The position numbers and the translations under genes are program-made. From Squalus acanthias (taxonomy: Eukaryota): a DNA stretch of 64,000 nucleotides. The notes below the pieces were generated by a model. The model worked only from the letters and a program-made list of their open reading frames with translations, did not search any database and was not told the DNA's origin. Position 1 is the first letter of the stretch; each line of letters begins with the position of its first letter. The stretch covers positions 31,188,001-31,252,000 of the forward strand of contig CM059433.1 of NCBI GenBank assembly GCA_030390025.1, given 5' to 3'. Of this stretch, positions 12,687 through 24,147 are shown in pieces.

Positions 12687-13579
12687 GGGGGAAAAATTCA
12701 GTTGGTTGCGCCTCCCGTTAGCGCCTTAAGAGGGCACTAATGGGGCGCAAAGCATCTAGCGCCCAGGCGCGGCGAAGTTTGCACCGCTCGCGAAATTAAC
12801 TAGACATTTTGCGTCGGCGCTAAACACTACCGCCACGATCTCCTGTGCCGGCAGATCATGACGTCACTCGAGTGTGCAACGCCCCGGTATCGCCCCGGAG
12901 CGGATATTGAGTGGCGTCCCCTGCCTTACCGCCTGACGCTAGCAACGACAGGTTGAGGGGAGCGTTCTGCAGTCATGAAGGGAAAGGGGGAGCGCTATTT
13001 AAAGGTGACCGCTTCCTGCCTTTTAATGTTGGTGCCATTTTTGAACTACGCATTCTGAGAGAGAGAGGGAGAGACTTCTGGAGAGATTCAACGTTGTGTG
13101 AAGGAGTTTTGGGTACTGAGCAGCACTTTGCAGTTTCATTTTTATTTGCCATTCCTTGTATCGATTTAGCAGAGACTGTGGGGGCTGCACTCTGAGCTCT
13201 TTGCCTGGTACTCTCCATTGTTCTTTCCAGCACATTTGATGTGCAAGTCTCTCCAGGCTGAGATTCAAGGCTGCAATGAACAGGATGTGGATGGAAAGCA
13301 AGATTAACCATCCCCTTTAAGAACTGGCCCGTGCCATTGTGTGTGTGTTCCATTGCTGACTGACATTACATGAGCTTCGCCAGCGCTCTGAGTTAGCGCC
13401 TCACTCCTCGGCCTTTGCGCCTTAAGACAGGTGTGCAGCGCCTGATTTAGCGCTCCAATCACCTCCCGGGGCGTTAAAAGTGAAGTTTCCAGTCAGTGGC
13501 GATAATTAGCGCCAGGCGCTAATTTTTGCGCCCGGACGATATTTGCGCCCCAAACGGGGCGCGACTGAATTTTTCCCCC
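12687..13579 (-). mobile_element. MITE family C copy 2, inverted relative to copy 1
   Basis: Reverse complement of 10143-11025 over its full length; same TIRs; own TSD TAT. Confidence 0.88.
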
Positions 13580-13623
13580 TATAACTTTATTGAATTAATA
13601 ACTTGAACTAAATTAACTAATTA

Positions 13624-14516
13624 CAGTAAACTCTTTCGTATCTGGCACCTACGGGACCGGGATGGTGCCGGTTGATTAAAAATTCCGGATAACGGAGAGG
13701 TATACCTACCGAGACAATTTATATATCGGCCGACCTCAGACCAGAAGAAGGGACATGGACTGACAATGGCCCAAGGTACGAGAGCCCCGTTACACAGCCA
13801 CAGATCCAGGAGTCCCTGTTACACGGCCACAAGTGCTGGAGTCCCGGTTACACGGCCACAGATCCAGGAGCCCCGATTACACGGCGACAGGTACAGGAGC
13901 CGCAGTTACACAGCCACTTATGCAGGAGCCTTGGTTACACGGCCACATGTGCAAGAGTCCCGGTTACACGGCCACAGATCCAGGAGTCCCTGTTACATGG
14001 CCACAAGTGCTGGAGCCCCGGTTACACAGCCAGAGGTACAGGAGCCCCGGTTACACGGCCACAGATCAAGGAGTCCCTGTTGCACGGCCACATGTGCAAG
14101 AGTCCCGGTTACACGGCCACAGATCCAGGAGTCCCTGTTACACGGCCACAAGTGCTGGAGCCCCGGTTACACAGCCAGAGGTACAGGAGCCCCGGTTACA
14201 CGGCCACAGATCAAGGAGTCCCTGTTACACGGCCACAGGTACAGGAGCCGCGGTTACATGGCCACTTATGCAGGAGCCGCGGTTACACGGCCACATGTGC
14301 AGGAGTCCCGGTTACACGGCCACAGGTACAGGGGACCCGGTTACACAACCAGAGGTGCAGGAGCCATGGTTACACAGCAAAAGGTACGAGAACCCTGGTT
14401 ACACAGCCACAAATATACAGTAAAACTTACCTTTGGGTTCCTCAACCTGCTCCTGAATTTTGTCGGGTATTAGAGAATTCCGGATAATTAGGTGCCGTTT
14501 AAACGAGAGTTTACTG
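13624..14516 (+). mobile_element. Tc1/mariner (pogo/Tigger-like) MITE family D carrying a minisatellite
   Basis: TIRs CAGTAAACTCT / AGAGTTTACTG, TSD TA; both ends match 56392-56746 in reverse. Confidence 0.85.
13775..14415 (+). repeat. 29-bp minisatellite, about 22 units
   Basis: Unit approximately GGAGYCCCGGTTACACGGCCACA plus a variable 6-7 nt end (GATCCA, AGTGCT, GGTACA, TGTGCA). Confidence 0.93.
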
Positions 14517-14742
14517 TAAAACTAAAAATTAAAAGTAAAAATAATCCTTTGAAGGAGGCGGAGTATAAATCGAGCGGGAAGCCCAGAGAGAGCGCAGACA
14601 GGAGGCAGCGAGGAGGTGGAGTACCTCCAGCGAAAACAAAAACAATAAAAGCAACAACTGCAAAACCGCTAAAGTGACGTCACAACCAGGGAAGGAGCTG
14701 ATTGGTGAATAGCTGGTAAGTGTTTCTAGGTAATAGTCTAAT

Positions 14743-15493
14743 GGCCCAGAAATTCCGATTGCAGGCCTCCCGCGGGCGGAGGGCTGCGATCTGGAAAAAT
14801 CTGCGCCTGGACCGGAGGGCTCCCGGGAGGCGCAGAGTTCGTTGCTGGGCCTCTCCAAACTGCCGGTGCGCAGGGCCCGCGTATCCCAGAGGCGCAGGCG
14901 GTTCGCAGCGTCCCTGGGATCACGTGAGCCTTGGGGAGCCAATCAGAGAAGGGAATCTCCCTTCATACATTTGACAGGAAGACCTGTCAAATATATGACT
15001 AGAGATCACCCCCAAAACATAGTAAAACTTTAAATACATTTTTTAAAAATCACATTTTTAAAATGACTTTAAATTACAATAAATTAAGTATTTTAAACAA
15101 AAATTTTATTTTTTGAAAAAAATAATTAAAGTTTCTAACAGGGCTAAAAATAAACTTACCTTTCTTTATATTTTTAAATGATAAATCAGTGGGAATTTTT
15201 TTTTAACTTTTTTCAACTCTTATCCTGGTAAAAGCAGGCCTTACGGCTGCTTTTACCAGGCGCAAGAATTGTAAGTGTTTGCTGCGGGCGGAGGGTCTCC
15301 AAAAAGCGGAACTATCCACCCGCAGAGGCCCTTCTCCTGGGCAGTCAGAGGATCTGTCAAGAGCTTTCTCGACAGATCGGAAATGCTGGTTTCCAGCGCA
15401 TGCGCAGTGCATGCCTGAAACCTGGCATTTCCAATGTCCCTACGGGTGAGTACACTGCGCGTACACACCCGTAGGGATCGGAATTTCTGCACC
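14743..15493 (+). mobile_element. MITE family A copy 1
   Basis: TIRs ggcccagaaattccgat / atcggaatttctgcacc, TSD AAT; sits just upstream of the CR1 ORF1 ATG. Confidence 0.88.
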
Positions 15494-18400
15494 AATTAAA
15501 GGCATGGCAGGGCAGCTCAGGCCCGTGGAATGCACATCCTGTGCCATGTGGGGACTCCAGGATGCTTCCCATGTCCTGGACAACCACATGTACAGGAAAT
15601 GTCGTCAGCTGGAGGAGCTCGAGCTCCGGGTTTTGGAGCTTGAGCAGCAGCTGGTGCATCCGTGAGACTGAGAGCTTTGTGGATAGCACATTTCAGGAGG
15701 TGGTCACCCTGCAGATAAAGAGTGTGCAGACAGAAATGGAATGGGAATGGGTGACCACCAGACAGAAGAGGAGGACCAGGCAGGTAGTGCAGGAGTCCAC
15801 TGAGTGCATCTCGCTCTTCAACCAATATTTGGTTCTGAGTACTGGTGAGGGAGATGGTTCCTCTGGGGAGTACAGCCAGAGCCAATTCTGCGGCACCATG
15901 GGTGGCTCAGCTGTACGGGGGCGGGGGGAGGAGGAAAAGTGGGAGAGCAATAGTGGTAGGGGATTTGATAGTTAGGGGAGCAGACAGGCATTTCTGCGGC
16001 CGCAGACATGACTCCAGGATGGTATGTTGCTTCCCTGATGCCAGGGTCAAGGATTTCTGAGCGCCTGCAGAATATTCTGAGGGGGAGGATGAACAGCCAG
16101 AGGTCATGGTCCATATCGGTACCAACGACATAGGTAGAAAGAGGGATGAGGTCCTGCAGGCAGATTTCAGGAAGCTAGGAATGAGATTAAAAAGGAGGAC
16201 CTCAAAGGTAGTAATCTCTGATTACTCACACGTGCAAGTGAGTATAGAAATAGGAGGACAGAGCAGATGAATGTGTGGCTGGAGAGATGGTGCAGGAGGG
16301 AGGGCTTTAGATTCCTGGGGCATTGGGGCCGGTTCTGGGAGAGGTGGGACCTGTACAGGCTGGACGGGTTGCAACTCAACAGAGCCGAAACCAATATCCT
16401 CGCAGGTAGGTTTGCTAGTGTTGTTGGGGAGGGTTTAAACTAATTTGGCAGGGGGATGGGCACCAGGATGTAACATTAGAAAGGGGAAATAAAGTGCTCA
16501 AAAGGATTGGGGGAGGCAGAGAGCTCTAAAATAAGAAATAGTAAGGTATTAGAGGGGGTCAAACTAAGAGAGAATACAGGATGGCCGAAGATGTATGTGA
16601 ACGCACGAAGTGTAGTAAACAAGGTAAGTGAGCTGCAGGCACAAATAGCCACATGGGCTGTGACAATAACTGAGACCTGGCTCAAAAAAAGGCAGGATTG
16701 GGTATTAAATATTCCTGGTTATAAGGTGTTCAGGAAAGATAGGGAAGGAAAGATAGGAGGTGGTGTGGCAGTATTGGTTAAGGAGAATGTTACAGTGCTG
16801 GAGAGGGAGGATGTCCTGGAGGGGTCAAGGACAGGTCTATATGGCTAGAGTTAAGAAATAATAGAGGTGCCATTACACTACTGGGTGTATTCTATAGACC
16901 ACCAAATAGTGGGAAAGATATGGAGGAGCAAATTTGCAGAGAAATTACAGAGAGGTGCAAGAACTATAGAGGAGTAATAATGGGGGACTTCAACTATCCT
17001 AATATAGACTGGGATCATAATAGTGTAAAGGGCAGAGAGGGGAAGAATTTCTGAAGTGTTTTCAGGAGATCTTTCTTGATCAGTATGTCTCCGGCCCAAT
17101 GAGGGAGGAGGCATTGCTGGATCTGGTTCTGGGGAATGAGGTAGGTCAAGTGGAGCAAGTGTCAGTAGCTGAGCATTTAGGGAACAGTGATCATAGTATC
17201 ATAAGGTTTAGATTAGCTATGAAAAAGGACAGGGAGCAATCTAGAGTAAAAATGTCTCACTGGGGGAAGGCCAATTTCAGTGGGATGAGAACGGATCTGG
17301 CCCGGGTAAACTGGAATCAAAGATTGGCAGGCAAACCTGTAATGAAACAATGGGCTGCCTTTAAAAAGGAAATAGTTCAGGTACAGTTGAGGTACATTCC
17401 CACTAGGGGGAAAGGCAGGGCAACTAAAGTTAGGGCTCCCTGGATGACGAAAGAGATATGATGAAGCAGAAAAAGAGCACGTATGACAGATGTCAGGTTG
17501 CAAATACATCTGAGAATCAGGCTATATATAGAAAGGTCAGAGGAGAAGTGAAAAAGAAAATAAGAGGGGCAAAGAGAGGGTATGAGAATAGAATAGCAAC
17601 CAACATAAAAGGTAATCCAAAAGTCTTCTATAGGCATATAAATAGTAAAAGGGTAGTAAGAGGAAGGGTGAGGCTGAATAGGGACCAAACAGGAGACCTA
17701 CGCATGGAGGCAGAGGGTATGGCTGAGGTACTAAACGAGTACTTTGCATCTGTCTTCACCAAGGAAGAGGATGCTGCCATAGACATAGTATAGGAAGAGG
17801 TAGTAGAGGTACTTGATCGGATAAAAATTGATAAAGAGGCGGTATTAGAAAGGCTGGCTGTAGTTAAAGTAGATAAATCACCAGGAGCGGATGGGACGCA
17901 CCCTAGCATGCTGAGGGAATTGAGGGAGGAAATTGCAGAGATACTGGCCATAATATTCCAATCCTCCTTAGATATGGGGGTGGTGCCAGAGGACTGGAGA
18001 ATTGCAAATGTTACACCATTGTTCAAAAAAGGGTGTAAAGATAATCCCAGCAACTATAGGCCAGTCAGTTTGACCTCAGTAGCTTTTAGAAACAGTAATC
18101 AGAGACAAAATTAACAGTCACTTGGACAAGTGTGGATTAATTAAGGAAAGCCAGCACGGATTTGTTAAAGGCAAATCGTGTTAAACTAATTTTGATTGAG
18201 TTCTTTGATGAGGAAACTGAGAGGGGTGATGAGGGTAATGCAGTTGACGTAGTGTACATGGATTTCCAAAAGGCGTTCGACAAAGTGCCACCTAATAGGC
18301 TTACCAGCAAAGTTGAAGCCTATGGAATAAAAGGGACAGTGGCAGCATGGATACAGAATTGGCTAAGTGATAGGAAACAGAGTGTAGTGGTGAACTGTTG

Positions 18401-18826
18401 TTTTTCGGACTGGAGGAAGGTATACAGTGGTGTTCCCCAGGAGTCAGTTCTGGGACCACTGCTTTTCTTGATATATATTAATGACTTGGATGTGGGTGTA
18501 CTGGGCACAATTTCAAAATTTGCAGATGACACAAAACTTGGAAGTATAGTGAACAGTGAGGAGGAGAGTGATGGACTTCAGGAACACATAGACAGGTTGG
18601 TGAAATGGGTGGACACGAGGCAGATGAAATTTAACGCAGGAAATTGTGAAGTGATACATTTTGGTAGAAAGAATGAGGAGAGGACATATAAACTAAATGG
18701 TACAATCCTGAAGGGGGTGCACGAACAGAGACCTAGGGGTATGTGTGCACAAATCATTGAAGGTGGCAGGGCAGGTTGAGAAAGCAGTTAAAAAGGCTTA
18801 CAGGATCCTTCATAAATAGAGGTTAT

Positions 18827-19418
18827 GGGCTGGATTTTGTCATTGGGGTGGGCTGGGGTCGTGTTATCCACCTGACTGCAATTGGATGTGGGAGAATTAT
18901 GTGATTTTCCCCTAATTGGGCAATTGAGTTCCAGCATGTGGGAACCCATGACCCAATTAGTTTTTTCAGTCTGAAAGTCGCCTCTGATGATGTCATCATT
19001 GCTGCTGCATTTAAGGTCTGCAACCTTTTGGAGCAGGAGACCTAAGTCTGCTCCCAGATTTAGTTAGTTAGTTAGTTAGGTAGGTAGGTAGGTAAACAGT
19101 CCCCCAGAACGATAGAATCTCCTTTGTAATGGGGGAGCTGCAGCTCCCGCCAGGTTTCACCGTCGTGTTTCAGAGGAGGCGTGTAGCATGTCGGAAACAT
19201 GTTAAAATCAGAAAGGCCTTTCAAAATGGGATTATAGAGGCAATTAAGTGGTTGTTAAGGGCCTTAAGGACCTATCCCGCCTCACGGAGACGGGGCCATG
19301 AGACACGATTTCATCAAAATTGCATGGAGGTGGGTTTGGGCCCGCCCGCCAGTTTCTGCAATTTTAACCCCCCACACGCCTCCAATCCCGCCTCAACAGC
19401 CCTATGAAAATCCAGCCC
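18827..19418 (+). mobile_element. MITE family B copy inside CR1 ORF2
   Basis: TIRs gggctggatttt / aaaatccagccc; interrupts the CR1 sequence ataaatagagg..atagagtacaaaag. Confidence 0.85.
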
Positions 19419-20025
19419 ATAGAGTACAAAAGTGTGGAAATTATGATGAACCTATATAAAACATTGGTTCGGCCCAACTGGAGTACTGTGTCCAATTCTG
19501 GGCACCACACTTTTGGAAGGATGTGAAGGCCTTAGAGCTGATGCAGAAAAGATTTAAGAGAATGATGCCAGGAATGAGGGACTTCAGTTACGTTGGTAGA
19601 CTTGGGAAGCTGGGGTTGTTCTCCTTGGAGCAGAGAAGATTGAGAGGAGATTTGATAGAGGTGTTCAAAATCGTGAGGGGTCTAGACAGAGTAGATAGAG
19701 TGAAACTGTTCCCATTGGCAGAAGGGTCGCGAACCAGATTTAAGGTGATTGGCAAAAGAACCAAAGGCGACGTAAGAAAAAACTTTTTTACACAGCGAGT
19801 GGTTAAGATCTGGAATGTGCTGCCTGAAAGCGTGGGGGAGGCAGTTTCAATCATGGCTTTCAAAAGGGAGTTGGGTAAGTAACTGAAGGAAAGAAATTTG
19901 CAGGGCTACAGGGAAAGGACGGGGGAGTGGGACTAGCTGAAGTGCTCTTGCAGAGAGCTGGCATGGGCTCGACGGGCCGAATGGCCTTCTTCCGTGCTGT
20001 AACCATTCTATGATTCTATGATTCT

Positions 20026-20462
20026 TTCACAACCACTGGACGTCCCAAAGCGCTTTACAGCATATTAAGTGCTTTTGAAGTGTAGCCACTGTTGTAATGT
20101 AGGAAACACGGCACCCAATTTGCACACAGCAAGCTCCCACAAACAGCAACGTGATAATGACCAGATAATCCGTTTTAGTGATGTTGGTTGAGGGATAAAT
20201 ATTGGCCCAAAACACCGGGGAGAACTCCCCTGCGCTTCTTTGATATGGTGCCATTTAATCTTTTACATCCACCTGAGAGGGCAGACAGGGCCTCGGTTTA
20301 ACGTCTCACCCAAAAGACGGCACACCCAACAGTGCAGCACTCCTTCAGTACTGCACTGGAGTGTCAGCCTAGATTATGTGCTCAAGTCTCTGGAGAGGAA
20401 CTACGAATCCATAACTTACTGACTCAGAGGTGAGAGTGCTACCCACTGAACCAAGCTGACAC
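20026..20462 (-). mobile_element. DeuSINE
   Basis: Reverse-complement match to 22498-22940. Confidence 0.85.
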
Positions 20463-21093
20463 TAAAAGGGGACTATGGATATTTGTCAAATTTTCATTGA
20501 GGAGAAAAAAACACAGATCCGAGTAAATTGGTATGACCAGTGACAGATATTTACTTTTTTACATTTAATAGAAATACGTCCTGCCAATGGTTCAGGACGT
20601 TTGCCCAATAAGCAACTGAGCTGTGTGCCAGCCGTGGCTCAGTTGATAGCAGCGTCCCTCAGTACTGCACTGGATTGTCAGTCTACATTTTTGTGCTCAA
20701 GTCTCTGGAATGGGACTATGAACTGGGACTGAGGTGTGGCTCAGTTGGTAGCAGAGGTGAAAGTGCTACCCACACCTCTGAGTTAGAAGGTTGTGGGTTC
20801 AAACCCCACTCTAGAGTCTTGAACTCAAAATTTCAGCTGACACTCCAGTCCAGTATTGAGGGGGTGATACCCTGTCCGAGGTGTGGTCTTTTGGATAAGA
20901 TGTTAAACCAAGGCCCCCATCTGCTCTCTCGGGTGGACGGAATTATTGGAAGAGCAGCAGGGGAGTTCCTTTGGTGTCCTGGCCAATATTTAGCCCTCAA
21001 CCAACATCACTAAAACAGATTATCTGGTCATTATCACAAATTGACTGACTCGTTTCCGAGATTACAACAGTGACGACACTTTACAAAGAGTAC

Positions 21094-21660
21094 GATAGCA
21101 AAATACAGCGGATGCTGGAAAATTGAAACAACAACAGAAAACGCTGGAAAAACTCAGCAGGCCAGGCAACATCCGTGGAGAGAGAAACAGAGTTAACGTT
21201 TCAGGTCGAAACCCTTCGTCAGAGGAGACCACATCGTGAGCAGCGAATACAGTATATTAGATTGCAAGAAGTACAAGTAAATCGCTGTTTCACCTGGAAG
21301 GGGTGTTTGGGGCCCTGGAGAGTGGGAAGGGGGGATGTATAAGGGCAGGTGTTGCATCTCCTGCGCTTGCACGGGAAGGTGCCGGGCGAGGGGGATGGGG
21401 TGCTGGGGGTGATAGAGGAGTGGACTAGGGTGTCTCGGAGGGAGCGGTCCCTACGGAATGCTGAAAGGGGAGGTGAGGGGAAGATACGTTTGGTGGTGGG
21501 ATCACGTTGGAGGTGGCGGAAATGGCGGAGGATGATCCGTTGAATGTGGAGGCTGGTGGGGTGAAAGGTGAGGACAAGGGGAACCCTATCGTGGTTCCGG
21601 GAGGGAGGGGCTGGGGTGAGGGCAGAAGTGTGGGAGATAGAACGGACACGGTCGAGGGCA
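21094..21660 (-). mobile_element. Penelope-like element fragment (RT-to-GIY-YIG linker joined to the 3' terminus)
   Basis: DRVPLVLTFHP...PGTFPCKRRRCNTC...FTCTSCNLIYCIRCSRCGLL, joined directly to a hammerhead core and terminal ctgctgagtttttccagc. Confidence 0.88.
21191..21222 (-). ncRNA. Minimal hammerhead ribozyme motif (stem I 5' strand lost)
   Basis: CTGACGA-A-GGGT-TTCG-ACCT-GAAA-CGTT-AACT on the minus strand. Confidence 0.6.
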
Positions 21661-22054
21661 CTTTGGCTGTAAAGTGCTTTGGGACATCCTGAGGTCGTGA
21701 AAGGCATGAGAAAAATGCAAGTCTTTCTTTCTTACTAAAATTCTTGTGTGCCGATGATGTTGGCGGCTTCACCAGCAAAGTGCACATTTGCCGTTATTCC
21801 TGTGATACCGCAGCACTCCCACGCCCTCCCCCTTCCAGGCCGTGAAAGCTTTGACCATTTTGAACAATCCCTCACTCTGGCTTCTCACATTGCTGCTTGT
21901 GGGAGCTTACTGTGACTACACTTCAAAAGAACCTCATTGGCTGTAAAGTATTTTTGGTTGTGAAAGGTGCTATATGAATGCAAGATCTTTCTTTCACTGA
22001 GACAAGCTACAAATTGCCCTTTATTTGGTGTCAGGCCAGTTCAAAGAGTCTCAC

Positions 22055-22176
22055 CTGTGAAGCCCAAGGACAAACGCAAACGTAATCTGCCACCAGGTCC
22101 AGGCAGGTTGATTGGTTCTCACAAAATCCATAGCTGCAGTCATCAAAGTTAATTTCACAGTTCAGGCCCTCAAACC
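22055..22176 (-). CDS. Internal exon B of the same EGF-repeat gene, with an apparent 1-bp deletion near its 3' end
   Basis: ttctcttacccag|GGTTTGAG...CTTCACAG|gtgaga; 122 nt. Translates (G)[36 protein letters not shown] then WASQ; adding one base restores P-L-G-F-T and phase 1. Confidence 0.88.
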
Positions 22177-22497
22177 CTGGGTAAGAGAACATGTTTCATT
22201 AGCGGCACTTATATAAGAGAGTCACGACTACAGCTCCAGCAACAGGCAGTCAACTGCCTGCTATTGCATGGCTTTTAACTTAGCACAAGTTACAGGAAGT
22301 TAGGAATAAGGAGGAGAGCCAAGCAAAACTCTCTCACCAAGAGAGTTTGTGAAAGTAAGTTACCAGGGAAGGTCATTGCAAGGGGTTCCAGGAGCTATGG
22401 GTTCTGAAGGAAGAAGGTGCTGTGAGCCATGGTGAGAAGGTGAAGTTCCTATCAAGATGGTTGATGGGGGCCTTTTCCTATTTTCTTTTATTGTGTC

Positions 22498-22940
22498 TGC
22501 CGTGTCTCAGTTGGTAGCACACTCGCCTCCGAGTCAGAAGGTTATGGGTGCAAGTCCCACTCCAGAAACTTGAGCACAAAATCTAGCCTCAAACACCAGT
22601 GTAGTACTGAGGGAGTGCTGCACTGTTGGAGGTGCCATCTTTTGGATGAGACGTTAAACCGAGGCCCCGTCTGTCCTCTCAGGTGGACGTAAAAGATGCC
22701 ATGGCACTATTTTGAAGAAGAGCAGGGGAGTTCTCCCCAGTGTCCTGGCCAATATTTATCCCTCAATCAACATCACTAAAACAGATTATCTGGTCATTAT
22801 CACATTGCTGTTTATGGGACCTTGCTGTGCACAAATTTACTGACGCGTTTCCTACACTTCACAAAGAGTACTTTGGCTGTAAAGTGCTTTGGGATGACCT
22901 GAGGTCATGAAAGGCATGAGAAAAATGCAAGTCTTTCTTT
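22498..22940 (+). mobile_element. DeuSINE, near full length
   Basis: tRNA-like head; Deu core gatgagacgttaaaccgaggccccgtctg...aaagatgccatggcact; L2-like tail. Confidence 0.88.
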
Positions 22941-23727
22941 CTTGCTAAAAATTCATGTGCGCTGATGATGCTAGCGGCTTCACTAGCAAAGTGCACATTG
23001 GCCATTATCCCTGTGATACCGCAGCAATCGCACCCCCTGCCCCACCCCAGCCGTGAAAGCTTTGACCATATTGAACAATCCCTCACACTCTGGCTTCTCT
23101 GAAACATGGACCAGCAGCAGCCAGGGAAAGGAAGGCCATCGAGTCAGTGCGATCTACATTGCACTGAAGTAAAATACCGCACTTTTGGCCATCTCATTAA
23201 GCACTGTTTAGTTTGAAAGTCCGTATGTCCCCCTAACTGGTTAAAGAGGTTACAAATACCTTTGTCTGCAATGGAATGTTTCATTGCAATTTCTGACATT
23301 TTATGCTCTCATAAATGTATTCAGCTGCATGGTCACGCCACCAAATGACTGTCATCAGCGCTGTCACAGGGCATGGCGATGGCAAGCGCTTGACTAATGC
23401 TAACCCATCAACAGCGTCACTGTGAAGCGTATCCTGATCATTTCTCAAACTCACCATGGAGCCAATTTCCCACTACTCTCCCTGTAATAAAACTCTCAAA
23501 TTATCCTGAGTTCATTAATAATGAATAACAGTTCTCATTCTAATTCAAGAGTTTAATAAAAAGAGCCACGTCCTGGAGGGAAGGTATCAGCCAAAAGCAC
23601 AAAAGAACTATCAATATAAATGCCATTATTCACGTTCAGCTAGAATTAGCTACTTAGCAGTCTATTCAGAATTAAAAAGAATGGTCTCCTTTGCTGATGG
23701 TTCTGGGAAGATGAGGCGTCTCGGGCC

Positions 23728-23785
23728 GTGGGGGGGGGCGGCGGGGGGGGGGGGGGGGGGGGGGGGTGTGGGGTGGTTGGGAGGG
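23728..23785 (+). repeat. Poly-G tract
   Basis: Run of more than 20 G with flanking G-runs. Confidence 0.9.
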
Positions 23786-24147
23786 CTTGAGCGCGGATTG
23801 AAAACCAGTGGGGATGTTTTGATGAGTCTTGCATTAAAGCTGTGGACAGGCCCCAAACGACCAGCTTATGTCAGGTAGAAAATGAGTTCAAGTCAAAGCT
23901 TCTGGGCAGTTAAGCTCACCCAATTGGTCAATGATTAAGTATACTGTACATTTGCGTTTACTGGGTTTAGGGGTCCGCATTGCCACGTTTGCAGTGGTGG
24001 AGTGAGCCCCAAGGAATTTCAAAGCCGGTAATTTTATATAAATGTGATAAGATTGGTCTGCATCCTGTGCCTTCCAATGGCAATTCAACGCTATCAGTCT
24101 CAATACCAGTGGCCAAATACTCTTACCTGATTGTGAAAGGAAACACT

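Larger units (their letters stand above)
14540..20025 (+). mobile_element. Near full-length decayed CR1 LINE (ORF1 about 15504-16443; ORF2 APE-RT about 16580-19882); 5' UTR may extend to about 12183
   Basis: ORF1 starts MAGQLRPVECTSC and has an esterase-like IVVGD region. ORF2 motifs YVNARS, ITETW, YMDFQKAFDKV, FADDTK. 3' tail (tatgattc)n. Several stops and frameshifts. Confidence 0.93.
20630..21735 (+). mobile_element. Rearranged DeuSINE(s) interrupted by a Penelope fragment
   Basis: SINE head and body 20630-21093; tail resumes ctttggctgtaaagtg at 21661. Confidence 0.7.

Noticed and set aside
10369..13353. 126-aa ORF present at identical length in both family C copies
   Set aside because: About a fifth of residues differ between copies, in line with the nucleotide divergence, so no sign of purifying selection. 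It spans a (TC)n tract and has no recognisable domain.
13766..14487. Three overlapping repetitive ORFs (235, 196, 135 aa) and a CRISPR-like look of conserved core plus variable segment
   Set aside because: Translations of a 29-bp minisatellite. The variable parts are only 6-7 nt and recur, there are no cas genes, and the context is eukaryotic.
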